The notes beneath the pieces are model-generated. The model did not search any database, had not been told where the DNA came from, and saw nothing but the letters and a program-made list of their open reading frames with translations. From a bacterium (GTDB taxonomy: Bacteria; UBA8248; JACPRG01; G963555815), in NCBI GenBank assembly GCA_965218795.1, contig OZ244653.1:4960001-5024000 (forward strand): a DNA stretch of 64,000 nucleotides. The letters run 5' to 3'. Position 1 is the stretch's first letter. Each line of letters starts with the position of its first letter. Shown piece after piece: positions 1 through 10,763 of the stretch. Position numbers and translations under genes: made by a program.

Positions 1-186
1 TTCCAGCGCCATCCTCGCCGCTTCGACCGCCTTGGGCGACGCCCCCAGCGGATTCTCGTTGCCGGCCATCTTTTCGACGGTATCCAGCCCGAACTCCGCT
101 TTGACCTCGTCGATCGACCGGCCGGGGACGTAATCCTCCAGGTCGCCGATCCCGCGGCGCAATAACTTTTCGATCGACTCACTCAT
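1..186 (-). CDS. hisC: Histidinol-phosphate aminotransferase, N-terminal part (runs off the window edge)
   Basis: Manual translation from ATG at 186: MSESIEKLLRRGIGDLEDYVPGRSIDEVKAEFGLDTVEKMAGNENPLGASPKAVEAA. The YVPG...NENPLG.SPKA pattern is typical of HisC N-termini. Not in the ORF track. Confidence 0.8.
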   Translation of the reverse strand, partial: MSESIEKLLRRGIGDLEDYVPGRSIDEVKAEFGLDTVEKMAGNENPLGASPKAVEAARMALE

Positions 187-218
187 CCTCGGAGTCCCGC
201 GCGAAATGGCCGGCAGGT

Positions 219-629
219 CTATTCGGCCGGTTCCCCGGCCCCGCCGTAATGCTTGATCTCGATGTGGTTGCCGTCGGGATCGAGGAAATAGGCGGCATGG
301 CCCTGCCCCCGTGCACCACTGTTGAACGCCTCCCGCAGGATCTCGATCCCGCCGGAGCGGCACCGCTCCAGGACCGCTTCGTAATGATCCGGTGAAAGAC
401 AGAACGCCAGATGGTGCATCCCGGACCGCCGGCGTCTGTCCGCTTCCGTCATGCCTTCATCGCACCGGATCAGGACCAAACCGTCCCCCAGCCGGAAGAT
501 GGCCTGGGGTCCCCCCCGGGAAGTCCCCCGGCGGCTGATGAACTCCAGCCCCAGGACGTCACCGTAAAACGCGGCGGAGCGGTCCAGGTCCGGCGTGGCC
601 AGGACGATGTGATCCAGCGTCGCTTCCAT
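219..629 (-). CDS. VOC/glyoxalase family protein
   Basis: MEATLDHIVLATPDLDRSAAFYGDVLGL...HHLAF...YFLDPDGNHIEI; ATG at 629 after GGAGAGG. Confidence 0.88.
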   Translation of the reverse strand: MEATLDHIVLATPDLDRSAAFYGDVLGLEFISRRGTSRGGPQAIFRLGDGLVLIRCDEGMTEADRRRRSGMHHLAFCLSPDHYEAVLERCRSGGIEILREAFNSGARGQGHAAYFLDPDGNHIEIKHYGGAGEPAE

Positions 630-754
630 CCGTTCGCCTCTCCGAATGCCAAAAACAAGAGCCGGGCATTCCGCCCGGCTCTCGCGGGAACCATGCCGCG
701 ATTTCGAGGTCTCCCGATGTCCGGTCTTTCGGCCCCTCCGAAGACCCTCCTCTC

Positions 755-3055
755 TCACCCCTCCCCGTTCAACGCGGCGAGAACCTTCTCCGGCGTGATG
801 GGGAGATCCCGGATTCGCACGCCCGTGGCGTTGTAGACGGCGTTGGCGAGCGCGGGCGCGCCCGGGTTCGTGGGCACTTCCGCCACGGCCTTGCACCCGT
901 ACGGTCCCATCTCGTTGTGGGTCTCCACCATCACAACGTCGATCTGCGGCATGTCGTTCGACGTGAACAGCTTGTAATCGAGCAGGGTGTCGTTGAGCGG
1001 CGCTCCGTCCGGGCCGTATTGGATCTGTTCCGTCAGCCCGTAACCGAGACCCATGTGGACCGCCCCCTCGACCTGACCCTCCGCCAGCAGCGGATGGATG
1101 CAGAAGCCGCAATCCACGGCGGCGACCATCCGCACCACTTTCACCACGCCTGTCTCGGTGTCCACCTCGACTTCGACGAACTGGGCCGAGAACGGGGGCG
1201 AGCTCATCGGCGCAACGTGCGAGGCCGTTGCCGCGATCTGATGCATCTGGCCGTACAGCGCATGCAGGGCGACCTCCCGCATCGAGACCGACTGCCCGCC
1301 GCTCGTCCGGACCTCCCCGCCCTCCAGCGCGAGGTCGTCGGGGCGCGCCTCCAACAATTCGCCCGCGGCTTCCAGGATCTGCCCCCGCACGTCCTCCGCC
1401 GCCTTCTTGGCCGCCATGCCGGACACGTACGTGGTGCTGGAGGCATAGGCGCCGACGTCGAAGGGCGTCCGGTCCGTGTCACCCGAATAGACGACGACCT
1501 TGTCCATTTCGACGCCGAGGGTTTCTGCGACCATCTGCCCAAGGACCGTGTCCGCCCCGGTCCCCAGGTCCGCTTCCCCCGCCAGGACGTTGCAGGAGCC
1601 GTCATCGTTCAGCTTGATCGTCGCGGCGCCCCAATCGATTCCGGGGATCCCGTTGCCCTGCATGGCGCAGGCCATGCCGACGCCGCGCCGGATCTTCCCG
1701 CTGTTTTTAGCGGCGCCCCGCCCGGCCTCCCAGTCGAACGCCTCGGCGCCCCGCCGCATGGCTTCCGTCAGGCCGTCGTCCAGGATCCTCCGGCCCGCCT
1801 TCTTTCCCTCGGAAAGGACCAGAGAGATTGGGTCATCCTGATCTTTTTTGATGCAGGCTTTCTGGCGAAACTCCAGGGGATCCATGCCCAGCCGCTCGGC
1901 CATTTCGTCCATCTGATTCTCTACGGCGAAGATACCCTGCGGCGTCCCGTACCCCCGCATGGCGCCCGCCGACGGGAGGTTCGTGTACGCGATTGCGCAG
2001 TGATAGCGAATGTTCTCCGCCGGATAGAGCGGGAGCGGGTGCGATCCGGTGTTGGCCTGAACCGTGACGGCGTGGCCGCCGTAGGCGCCCGTGTCGGCGA
2101 TCACGCGCAACTCGTTGGCCACCAGCCGGCCGTCTTTGGCTGCCCCGGTCTTCATCCGCAGAACCTGCGCATGCCGGGACCGGGCCTGCGTGAACTCCTC
2201 CGTCCGCCGGAGCTCCATCTTGACGGGCCGCTGGGCGGCCAGGGCGAGGGCCCCGGTGATGTCCTCGATGACCATTTCCTGTTTGCCGCCGAACCCGCCG
2301 CCGATCCGGGGCTTGATCAAGCGGATGCGGGCCTCGGGGATCTGAAGGGCCGAAGCCATCTGCCGGCGGGTGTGGAAGGGGACCTGCGTGCTGGTCCGCA
2401 AGACGAGCCGATGGTCCTCGTCGAGGTAACCGATGGACACGTGGGTCTCCATGCTGCAATGCTGTATCCGCGGCACGCGGTACTCGTTCTCTACAATCAC
2501 GTCGGCCTTCTGAAAACCCTCCTCGACGTTTCCCACCTGAACGTCGATCTCGCCCGCGAGGTTCCGGGAAGCGTCTTTCGCGTTCGTGATCTCGGGCTCG
2601 TCGTGGACAACCGGGGCGCCCTCCCGAAGGGCCGCTTCCGGGTCGAGCACCGCCGGCAGCACTTTGTACTTCACCCGGATCAGCCGGAGCGCCCGCTCGG
2701 CGATTTGAGGCGTTTCGGCGGCGACAGCGGCCACGCGGTCCCCCACGTGGCGCACCTTACGATCGAGTATGAAGTGATCCCAAGGAGAAGGCTCCGGGTG
2801 ATTCTGACCCGCCGTGGAGATGGCGACGCGCGGGGTGTCGTGGTGGGTCAGCACGACGTGGACGCCCGGGAGAGCCCGGGCCTCGGAGACGTCGATCTCC
2901 TCTATCTCGGCGTGGGCATGGGGGCTCCCCAGAATACGGCCATGGAGCATCCCGCGCGGATGAACATCACCGGCGAAGCAGGGTTGACCGGTGACCAGCT
3001 TGACGCCGTCCAGCTTTTGGACGTTTTTCCCGACGACGTGATAGTTGCCGCTCAT
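755..3055 (-). CDS. Xanthine dehydrogenase-family molybdopterin-binding (large) subunit
   Basis: SPHAHA, GGGFGGKQ, GAYG, GAMRGYG, DLGTG, GQVEG and C-terminal KAVAE/DLPITPEKV motifs. Confidence 0.93.
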   Translation of the reverse strand: MSGNYHVVGKNVQKLDGVKLVTGQPCFAGDVHPRGMLHGRILGSPHAHAEIEEIDVSEARALPGVHVVLTHHDTPRVAISTAGQNHPEPSPWDHFILDRKVRHVGDRVAAVAAETPQIAERALRLIRVKYKVLPAVLDPEAALREGAPVVHDEPEITNAKDASRNLAGEIDVQVGNVEEGFQKADVIVENEYRVPRIQHCSMETHVSIGYLDEDHRLVLRTSTQVPFHTRRQMASALQIPEARIRLIKPRIGGGFGGKQEMVIEDITGALALAAQRPVKMELRRTEEFTQARSRHAQVLRMKTGAAKDGRLVANELRVIADTGAYGGHAVTVQANTGSHPLPLYPAENIRYHCAIAYTNLPSAGAMRGYGTPQGIFAVENQMDEMAERLGMDPLEFRQKACIKKDQDDPISLVLSEGKKAGRRILDDGLTEAMRRGAEAFDWEAGRGAAKNSGKIRRGVGMACAMQGNGIPGIDWGAATIKLNDDGSCNVLAGEADLGTGADTVLGQMVAETLGVEMDKVVVYSGDTDRTPFDVGAYASSTTYVSGMAAKKAAEDVRGQILEAAGELLEARPDDLALEGGEVRTSGGQSVSMREVALHALYGQMHQIAATASHVAPMSSPPFSAQFVEVEVDTETGVVKVVRMVAAVDCGFCIHPLLAEGQVEGAVHMGLGYGLTEQIQYGPDGAPLNDTLLDYKLFTSNDMPQIDVVMVETHNEMGPYGCKAVAEVPTNPGAPALANAVYNATGVRIRDLPITPEKVLAALNGEG

Positions 3056-3059
3056 GGCC

Positions 3060-3554
3060 TCAGGCTCCTCCCGTTCCGCCGGTCCCGCCGGCCCCGTTTC
3101 TCATTCTCTCCGCGGCCAACAAGACGGCCTGGATCGGCTTTCGATACCCGGTGCATCGGCACAGCACGCCCGCCATGCCCTTCCGCACCTCTCCTTCGCT
3201 GGGGTTCGGATTCTCATCCAGCAGGTCCTTGGCCACCAGGATCATTCCGGGCGTGCAGAATCCGCACTGTACCGCGGCACAATCCAGAAAGGCCCGCTGA
3301 AGCGGATGAAGGCGCTCCGGAGACCCCAGACCCTCGATGGTGAGGACCTCCCGGCCCGCCGCGGTCCCGGTCAAGGTCACGCAGGCGTTGACGGACTTGC
3401 CGTCCAAGAGGACGGCGCATGCGCCGCAGTCTCCGGTCTCGCAACCTCGCTTGACGCCGAACAGTCCGTTGTCCCGAAGGGAATCGATGAGGAGCGCGCC
3501 GGGGACGATGTCCCATGTCTGTTCCTGTCCGTTGACTCGAAGGATGATCTTCAC
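3060..3554 (-). CDS. (2Fe-2S)-binding small subunit of Mo-hydroxylase
   Basis: GCETGDCGAC, QCGFCTPG and CRCTGY motifs. Confidence 0.95.
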   Translation of the reverse strand: MKIILRVNGQEQTWDIVPGALLIDSLRDNGLFGVKRGCETGDCGACAVLLDGKSVNACVTLTGTAAGREVLTIEGLGSPERLHPLQRAFLDCAAVQCGFCTPGMILVAKDLLDENPNPSEGEVRKGMAGVLCRCTGYRKPIQAVLLAAERMRNGAGGTGGTGGA

Positions 3555-3558
3555 GCGT

Positions 3559-4419
3559 TCAATCCTCCCCTTCCACGGAAATGCCGGCGTTCCGCAGGCA
3601 GGTCTCCAGGCCTCGCCGGGCCAGCACTCCGCTCACCTGTCTTCGATAGGCGGCCCCCGCGCGGTGGTCGTCCCGGGGCTCGACGTTCTCCCTCACCTTC
3701 GCGGCCGCCTCTTCAAGCAGTGCCGCGGACGGCTCGCTCCCCTCCACGACCGACTCGGCGTCCGGCACGCGCATCGGGGCCGGTCCCACTGACCCGAGAG
3801 CAATCCGCACATCCCGGCAGATCCCGTCCTGCATACGCAGCGAAACACCCGCGTTCACAAGGGCAAGGTCTTCCGACGTGCGCCCCACCTTGAGGAAGCA
3901 TCCCCGCCGGCCCTCAGGGTCCGGGATCGTGACGGCCGTCAGCAGACCGCCTTTCAGGGCGTTCTCACCCAGCCCTTTGAAAAAGTCATTCAGGGGTAAC
4001 TCCGCGTCGCCGCCGTCACGCCTGATATGAACCGTCGCATCCAGCGCGAGAAGCGGGGGGGGGAGATCCGCATCGGAGGAGCTGTGGGCCAGATTGCCGC
4101 CCAGCGTCGCGGCGTGGCGGATTTGCCGAGAGATGAAGGATTCGGCGGCCTCGGACAGGATGCCGTCGGCCACCGAGGCGATGATCTCCGAAGCTGTCAG
4201 GTCGAACATCGTTGCCGCCGCGCCGATGTGAACCCCCTGCTCATCCCGCCGGATCTCGTTGAGCCCAATCCGCGTGATGTCAACCAGGATCTCCGTCTCT
4301 TCCCCATGATGGACCGTCACATCGGTACCGCCGGCCACAAGGAACGCTCCCTCCCGCTGAAGCAGGGAGAGCGCCTCTTCAACCGTCCCCGGGGTATGAT
4401 ATTCGCGGATGTGATCCAC
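3559..4419 (-). CDS. FAD-binding (medium) subunit of Mo-hydroxylase
   Basis: AGGTD, ATLGGNL, D.RA.A.YRR motifs; GTG start at 4419 after GGAGGGAGGAG. Confidence 0.92.
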   Translation of the reverse strand: MDHIREYHTPGTVEEALSLLQREGAFLVAGGTDVTVHHGEETEILVDITRIGLNEIRRDEQGVHIGAAATMFDLTASEIIASVADGILSEAAESFISRQIRHAATLGGNLAHSSSDADLPPPLLALDATVHIRRDGGDAELPLNDFFKGLGENALKGGLLTAVTIPDPEGRRGCFLKVGRTSEDLALVNAGVSLRMQDGICRDVRIALGSVGPAPMRVPDAESVVEGSEPSAALLEEAAAKVRENVEPRDDHRAGAAYRRQVSGVLARRGLETCLRNAGISVEGED

Positions 4420-4745
4420 GGCGAACTCCTCCCTCCAAAGACGCCCCTGCATTTCGTTCGGTCATCCATCGTTCGCCCTGCGGAGGGTGTCGGCCTGCTC
4501 ACTTCAGTCACGGCGCGGGCGGACGAAATGATCCAAAATCCAGGGACAGATGCACGAATTCCGCATGGGCGATTTCAGACATCCTATTGTCACACGCACC
4601 CCCGTTCCACTTCAAGCCCGGCCGTTTCCGGAGAATTGACATAACCCTTTGACCCAAGGGGTCATTGTCTGATATGCTATAGTTGATGAAGGAATATATT
4701 TTGTCTCCTCCTGATGTAGACCATGATTCTCCCCGCTCTTCTTCG

Positions 4746-6159
4746 ATGGCCGCGAAACACAAGCGGACGTTGATCGTTACGGCTGTTTTTGCCGTATTCT
4801 GTCTGACCGCCCTCCCCTGGACGCCGGCCCCGGCCCAGACGTCTTCTCTTTACCTTCGGATCATTCTGGTCAAGAACCAGGACATCGCGAAGAAGGTCAC
4901 CGATGAACTCGCCAAGGGCAAGCCCTTTGCGGACGTTGCGTCCCAATATTCGATCGATCCGACGAAGGATCGCGGGGGCTTCCTAGGCCGGGTGGCCCTC
5001 AAAGACCTGAACGAGCAAATTGGGACGATGGTGAGAAGCCTCAAGGTGCGCGGCTATGCGGGTCCGGTTCAAGTTGAGAACGGAATGGCCTTCTTCCAGC
5101 GCACGACGCCCTCTCACTACACCTTCGCCCTGGAGCTGATGCAGTCGGAAAAATTCCAGCAGGCGCTGGACCCGTTGAACAAAGATCTGGCGCTCAATCC
5201 GGACCGTATCCACAGCCTGACCCTGAAGGCGTACGCCCTGCAGCGGCTGAATCGGGCCAAAGAGGCCGAAGACGTCTACCGACAGATCATCCGGCGGGAT
5301 CCGAAAAACGTCCTCGCGAACAACAATCTGGGCACCCTGATCGATCAGGAAGGGAACTACACGGAAGCGGCCAAGCACTTTGAGCGGGCCGTGGAGCTCG
5401 ATCCCGAGCTGGACGTGACGCTTCATAATCTGGCGTGGATTCACTTCGCCCGTTTGAACAACCCCACCAAGGCGCTGGAGTACATCCGGAAGGCTATTGA
5501 TCTGAAGCCGGATACGGCCAATTATCACGCCATGCTGGCCGATATCTACCGAAAGCTCGGCAAGAGGGCGGAGGCGCAAAAGGCCATCGCCAAAGCCGTG
5601 GAACTGGATTCGAAGAACGAGGACTATCGCAAGTTCCTGGCGCAACAGAGCCGCCCGCCGAGTACGGGCTTTGGCACCCCCTCCGAAGAAGACAACCGCC
5701 AAGGTCGACAAGAGAAAGCCTGCAGGAAAGAATTCCTCGTCCGCAAACGCGCGTGCAATACAGGCCAATTCAGGGAAATCGACCCAGCCCGCGGCCCCGA
5801 AACCCGTGCGCCGGGCGGCGGTGACGACACCGGCGAGGAAGAAAGCAACGACTCCCAAACGGCGGCGCGTGGCGCTCAGCCGGCCCGATGAAAAGGTCAA
5901 GCCTCCGAACCTCAAGCTCGTCACCCGCAAAGGCGGAGATCGCACGAGCAGACGGGTCGCCCGGATGCTGAAGGATAACGGTTTCCCGGTGGCGCTTCGT
6001 CTGCGCGAGGCCAAGGCTCTCCAGGGGCTCCGAATCTATTACAAAGCCGAATCGGTCGGCGCCGCGCGAAAGATTCGTGACTTGATCACGCCGCGCCCCA
6101 CCCTTCACCGGATCTTCTGGAAATCTCAGTTCGACGTTATTGTATTCGTGGGAAACTAA
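4746..6159 (+). CDS. Exported PpiC-type PPIase (rotamase) + TPR repeats + basic linker + LytR_C-like C-terminal domain; one frameshift near 5667
   Basis: Signal peptide; FADVASQYSIDPTKDRGGFLG rotamase motif; TPR units (NNNLG, LHNLA). Removing one G from GGG 5666-5668 fuses ORF 4683..5891 to ORF 5671..6159, which ends DVIVFVG. Confidence 0.72.
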
Positions 6160-6253
6160 CGAAAAACGCAGATGCGAGGGAACCAGCGTTTCCGTCTGGA
6201 GCGCTTGTGTCAGTGACGGAACGGCGCCCCACCCGAGGAATCCACTCGCGTTC

Positions 6254-6996
6254 TCACCAACCCGCTTCCAGCCAATTCGCGGATGGATATGGCTTTTTCT
6301 CCAAGTGGTCGATGTTCTCTTTTCCCCCCGAAATTTCACGGATCGGAATCTCGAAGGTGAAGATGATCCCCCCCTGAGCACCCGTTGGAGCCGTTGCGTG
6401 AGAGTCCTCCTTCTGCGCAGGCTCCGGTTCCACCCAGATTTTGCCTCCGTGAGCCTCGACCATCCTCTTGGCAATCGGTAAACCCAAACCCGAGCCCTCG
6501 CGATCCGCCGCGTCCTTCGCACGATAAAACTTGTCGAAAATGCGCTGCCGCTCCTCCGGACCGATTCCCGCGCCTGAGTCCGTGACGGAAATCCGAACTC
6601 GACGCACGCCGTCCTTGCGGTCGTCCCGGCCGCATTACGGAGACCCGCCGTCACCCGCACCATCCCTCCGGGTGGCGTAAACTTCACCGCACTGCTGAGA
6701 AGATTTGTCAGGGGGCCCTGAATTTTGACCCTGTCGACCTGCATAAAGGGCAAATCCCGAGCGGTCAGGTCCTTCTCCAGTGAAACGGGCGCCTGCACAG
6801 CGATAGGACGGATCCCTTCGACTGCGACATCGATCAGGGTTTCCACCCGCCACACGCCCAGGTTGAGCTTCATCATGTCCGCTTCCATTTTGGCCAGTCG
6901 CCGGAGATCGTCGATGAGACGTAGAATCTTGTCATTCCCTTCTCCCGCGATCCGCAACAACCTAGCTTGTTCTTCGGTCAGCGGGCCGGGGATTTG
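6254..6996 (-). pseudogene. Truncated sensor histidine kinase (HisKA tail + HATPase_c)
   Basis: NLLSSAVKFT (degenerate N-box), VTDSGAGI, IFDKFYR, GSGLGL..AHGG. In-frame TAA upstream, no H-box, frameshift near 6626. Confidence 0.82.
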
Positions 6997-7150
6997 TTAT
7001 CGGGTTTGCCTTCGCCGGCATGGTTTCATCCTTCGAGAGATAAAAACGTCCAACCCATCAATTTTCAGCCGAAATCTCCAACTGAGCGGCAACATGGCCT
7101 CCTCGAATCAATCGACGACGATCGAAGCCGGCGCGATTCAGGAAGGTTCC

Positions 7151-7513
7151 TCAATTTGCGGTGGATTCCTCTTCCACGGGCTCAATCAACAGAATACGGC
7201 CGTCGGCAAGCATCCCCGTCTTGTACAGTGTATGCGCCAGCATTTGAGGGGCGTGGTGAATCTCCAGTGAGCGGCCTGTCTCAAGAATCTCACGAATGGC
7301 ATTGACCGCCTCGGCCACGGCGGCCCCGTCCAGCAGGTCCAGCTCTTCGAATTCGAGGCGAATGGGCGCATCGGACTTTTCCAATTCATTGGCCTCCTTC
7401 ACCAACTCGCGCGAAAACTCCTCCGCCGAGGCGTTGCAAATCCCGCCGGATGCCATCAATGCCCCGCTCTCTCTATCGGTCTGAAAAGAATAAGGTTTCA
7501 ATGGATTCACCAT
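7151..7513 (-). CDS. STAS-domain (anti-anti-sigma-like) protein
   Basis: 120 aa with STAS-like pattern (G.I...A.EF ... IRLEFEELDLLDGAAV ... L.I...P..L); AAGGA RBS. Confidence 0.55.
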   Translation of the reverse strand: MVNPLKPYSFQTDRESGALMASGGICNASAEEFSRELVKEANELEKSDAPIRLEFEELDLLDGAAVAEAVNAIREILETGRSLEIHHAPQMLAHTLYKTGMLADGRILLIEPVEEESTAN

Positions 7514-7567
7514 ATCCTTGAAGGAGGAATTAATGGCGACAGGACTTGTTGAATCGTAATATAAATA

Positions 7568-8300
7568 GGGTCATGCCTAGCTGAGAGTCGAGCTTTACTC
7601 CAGAATGCTATGTATGACAATGAAAAACAAGTATGCGAGGCGTTCAAGGATTTCCGAGGCCAAAGTCCGTGAAGCCGTTCGGTATTTCGCCGCAGATCTC
7701 ACCGCTGTCCAGGCGGCCGAGTTGAGCGGATTGAACCGGAACACGGTGAACCGTCTATACCGCGCTCTGCGGGAACGCATCCTGCTAGCTTGTGAGGCGC
7801 AACGCCCTGTGTTCGGTGTGGTCGAGGTAGACGAAAGTCTCTTCGGCACTCGCCGCGTGAAGGGCAGGCGCGGGCGTGGAGCCTATGGCAAAACGACCGT
7901 CTTTGGTATCTTCGAACGTGAGGGACAGGTCTATACGGAGATCGTCTCGGATTGCTCAAAGCCCACACTGCAAGGGATCATCCGCGGCAAGGTGGACCTG
8001 AACACCGTCGTCAACACGGACAACTGGCGTGGCTACAACGGCTTGGTCGAGCTCGGATACGGCCACTTCCGGGTCGACCATTGCTTTGATGAGTTCACTT
8101 GCGGTGCCGTCCACATCAACGGCATCGAAGGCTTCTGGGGACTGGCCAAGGTTCGGCTGGCAAAATTCAAGGGCCTGCCCAAACACACCTTCCACCTCCA
8201 TCTCAAAGAAACCGAGTGGCGCTACAATTATCGCCATTCCAACAAATACAAAACCCTGTTAACCTACCTGCGAGAAAATCCCATCAGCTAGGCATGACCC
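7568..8300 (+). mobile_element. IS1595-family insertion sequence
   Basis: Perfect 17-bp terminal inverted repeats GGGTCATGCCTAGCTGA (7568-7584) / TCAGCTAGGCATGACCC (8284-8300) in AT-rich flanks; no clear target duplication. Confidence 0.92.
7620..8291 (+). CDS. IS1595-family DDE transposase
   Basis: VEVDES.FG, RGRGA.GK, TD.WRGY, HINGIEGFW and HLKE.EWRYN motifs. Confidence 0.93.
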   Translation: MKNKYARRSRISEAKVREAVRYFAADLTAVQAAELSGLNRNTVNRLYRALRERILLACEAQRPVFGVVEVDESLFGTRRVKGRRGRGAYGKTTVFGIFEREGQVYTEIVSDCSKPTLQGIIRGKVDLNTVVNTDNWRGYNGLVELGYGHFRVDHCFDEFTCGAVHINGIEGFWGLAKVRLAKFKGLPKHTFHLHLKETEWRYNYRHSNKYKTLLTYLRENPIS

Positions 8301-8426
8301 ATGAAAAATTGAGAAATATCAGCATTTTTACTTATCCTCTACGGATGTCCATTTGTTGCGGTGCAGGCGCAGGTCTCGAATCATCCATAGAGCCAAACGT
8401 TTTCTCCGAATATTGATTACAGGTAT

Positions 8427-10763
8427 TCAACCCCCTTCGCTGTCCGCTTGTTCCCTGATGATGGCGTGGAGGCGTGATGGAGTGAGCGGGGTTTCCCGCA
8501 GTCGGACGCCCCACGGACGAAGCGCGTCCTCAATCGCGGAGACCACGGCGGCGATGGCGCCAATCGTTCCGCATTCTCCGACCCCTTTCACCCCCGAGGG
8601 GACATGTGGGCATGGGGTCTCGATGTGAAGGGTTTCGATCGGGGGTACGTCGGTCGACAAAGGCAGCAGGTAATCCAGAAGCGTCGACGCCTGCGGGTTT
8701 CCGTTCTCATCAAAGACCAATTCTTCGATCAAGACGTCCCCGACTCCGTGGGCGACCCCTCCGTGGATTTGCCCGTCGACGAGCAGCGGATTGATCACCT
8801 TGCCGCAATCATGTCCCGCGATATAGCGCAAGACTTCCACAAAGCCGGTTTCCGGATCGACCTCGACCACCGCCACGTGGCATCCGGAGGAAAAAGAGGA
8901 TTGGCTCGGGGCGAAATATTCCTCTGCCTCAAGACCCGGCGTGACGGAGGGCGGGAGGATGGCGCCCAGGCTGCCAATGGAAAACTGAGCCAGCTCACCG
9001 AGCGAGGCCGATCGTTCGGGCATTCCTTTGACGTACACCTTGCCGCCGCCGAACACGAGGTCCTCCCGGGGGGCTTCCAGCTTTTCCGAAGCTAAAAGGA
9101 GGGCCTTCTCTTGAACGCTTCCCGCGGACAACAGAATAGCCGATGAGGCGATGGCTGCGCTGCGGCTCGCGACCGTGCCAACGCCGTAAGGGATGTGCCG
9201 GGTATCGCCCGTAGTCACCTTGATGTTTTCCATCGGTATTTCGAGCGCGTCCGCGACCACCTGGGCGAAGGTCGTTTCATGGCCCTGCCCCTGGGGGCAG
9301 GCGCCGGTCGCGACGACGACCCGGCCGGTCGGCTCCACCCGAATCTTTGCGCCTTCGAAAGGGCCGACGCTCGTTTCTTCAATGTTGCATGCAATCCCAA
9401 CACCGACGAGTTTCGCCCGCCGGTCCCCTGACCGCTGTTTTCGCAGGTCTTCGTATCCCGCCCGGGTCAGCGTTTTCTTGAGGAGGGCCGGGAAGTCGCC
9501 GCTGTCGTAGGTCATGATGCCCGTTCGGGCGGGCAGCCCGACTTCATAGGGGAATTCGTCCGCCTGAACGAAATTCCGGATTCGGACTTCCGCCGGATCC
9601 AGCTTCAGCGTCCGGGCGATGTGGTCCATCGTCCGCTCGATGATGAAAGTCCCTTCCGGTCTTCCGGCCCCGCGGACCGGCGCGCAGGGGACCCGGTGGG
9701 TGTAAGCCACCTCCATCTCCGCGGCGTAATGCCGGAGCTTGTAAAGCCCCGGCACGTGCATGACGGTCAGCATCGGGTTCACCAATCCGTAAACGGGGTA
9801 GGCCCCGCTGTCGACCAGGGATGTCAGCTTCAGGGCGTGGATGTGTCCCTCTTCATCGAAGCCGACGGTTACTTGATGGACCTGCTCCCTCTCCTGAACC
9901 CCGGCCAGGATGTTCTCCAAGCGGTCTTCGATCCACTTCACGGGCCGCCGCAGCCGGATTGCCAGCCATGGGAGAACCAGGTCTTCGGGATAAAATATGG
10001 CCTTGGGTCCGAACCCGCCCCCCACGTCGGGCGCACTGACTTCGATGCTCTCCTCGGGCCGGCCGAGGAGCAGTGCCAGGCGTTGACGGACCACGTGGGG
10101 AACCTGGGTGGAGGCGAACACCTTGAGCCGGTCGACCATGGGGTCGTACCCGGCCAGGATGCCACGGCATTCCATCGACCCGGCGGCGCCCCGCTGAATT
10201 CGCAGCTCGAAGCTTTCGACGAGGGGCGATTCCTTCAGGACCTGGTCCGGGTCGCCCATCCCGACCTTTACACTGGCCTGTCGATTGTCGCCGAGCTCAT
10301 CCTGGACAAGGGGCGCGCCGTCCTGAAATGCCTCGGCGGGATGGCTTGCCGCGGGGAGCACTTCATATTCAACCGATGCCGCCTCCAGGGCGTCCTCCGC
10401 CTCCGCCCGTGTCCCCGCCACGGTCACAGCGACGGGTTCTCCGACAAATCGCACCCTCTCCTTCGCTAAAGCGCACCAGTTGTTTCCCCGGATGGCGGGA
10501 TGGGGCGGCTGGATGGGGAAAGGCCCCAAGGCGGACCCCAGGTCTTCTGCGGAAAAAGCGGCAATGGCTCCCCTTGAAGCACATCCGGAGAGGTCAACCT
10601 TCCGGATCCTGGCATGGGCGTACGGCGAACGAAGGAACGCTGCATGAAGTGCATCCGGGCACGGGACGTCATCCACATACCGGCCCGCGCCCGTCAGGAG
10701 TCTTTGATCTTCAAACCGGTGAACTCTTGCGCCGAAAAACCTGGGGTTTGATGGAAAATTCAA
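8427..10763 (-). CDS. CoxL/CutL-like (form II-like) Mo-hydroxylase large subunit, without adjacent small/medium subunits
   Basis: R.EDQRLLTG.G.YVDD, DVGGGFGPK, PVRGAGRPE, YDSGDF, QGQGHET, GQIHGG and KGVGE motifs. Confidence 0.92.
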   Translation of the reverse strand: MNFPSNPRFFGARVHRFEDQRLLTGAGRYVDDVPCPDALHAAFLRSPYAHARIRKVDLSGCASRGAIAAFSAEDLGSALGPFPIQPPHPAIRGNNWCALAKERVRFVGEPVAVTVAGTRAEAEDALEAASVEYEVLPAASHPAEAFQDGAPLVQDELGDNRQASVKVGMGDPDQVLKESPLVESFELRIQRGAAGSMECRGILAGYDPMVDRLKVFASTQVPHVVRQRLALLLGRPEESIEVSAPDVGGGFGPKAIFYPEDLVLPWLAIRLRRPVKWIEDRLENILAGVQEREQVHQVTVGFDEEGHIHALKLTSLVDSGAYPVYGLVNPMLTVMHVPGLYKLRHYAAEMEVAYTHRVPCAPVRGAGRPEGTFIIERTMDHIARTLKLDPAEVRIRNFVQADEFPYEVGLPARTGIMTYDSGDFPALLKKTLTRAGYEDLRKQRSGDRRAKLVGVGIACNIEETSVGPFEGAKIRVEPTGRVVVATGACPQGQGHETTFAQVVADALEIPMENIKVTTGDTRHIPYGVGTVASRSAAIASSAILLSAGSVQEKALLLASEKLEAPREDLVFGGGKVYVKGMPERSASLGELAQFSIGSLGAILPPSVTPGLEAEEYFAPSQSSFSSGCHVAVVEVDPETGFVEVLRYIAGHDCGKVINPLLVDGQIHGGVAHGVGDVLIEELVFDENGNPQASTLLDYLLPLSTDVPPIETLHIETPCPHVPSGVKGVGECGTIGAIAAVVSAIEDALRPWGVRLRETPLTPSRLHAIIREQADSEGG

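Noticed and set aside
917-3343. 808-aa plus-strand ORF and similar long antisense ORFs (17814-19478, 31032-32261, 35571-36890, 56624-57637)
   Set aside because: Shadows of real GC-rich genes on the opposite strand; no motifs.
7555-8310. Target-site duplication around IS1595
   Set aside because: Flanks (TATAAATA versus ATGAAAAA) do not match.
8427-10763. Bona fide aerobic CO dehydrogenase
   Set aside because: Has PVRGAGR rather than the form I AYxCSFR Cu-binding loop, and no coxMS or coxDEFG neighbours.
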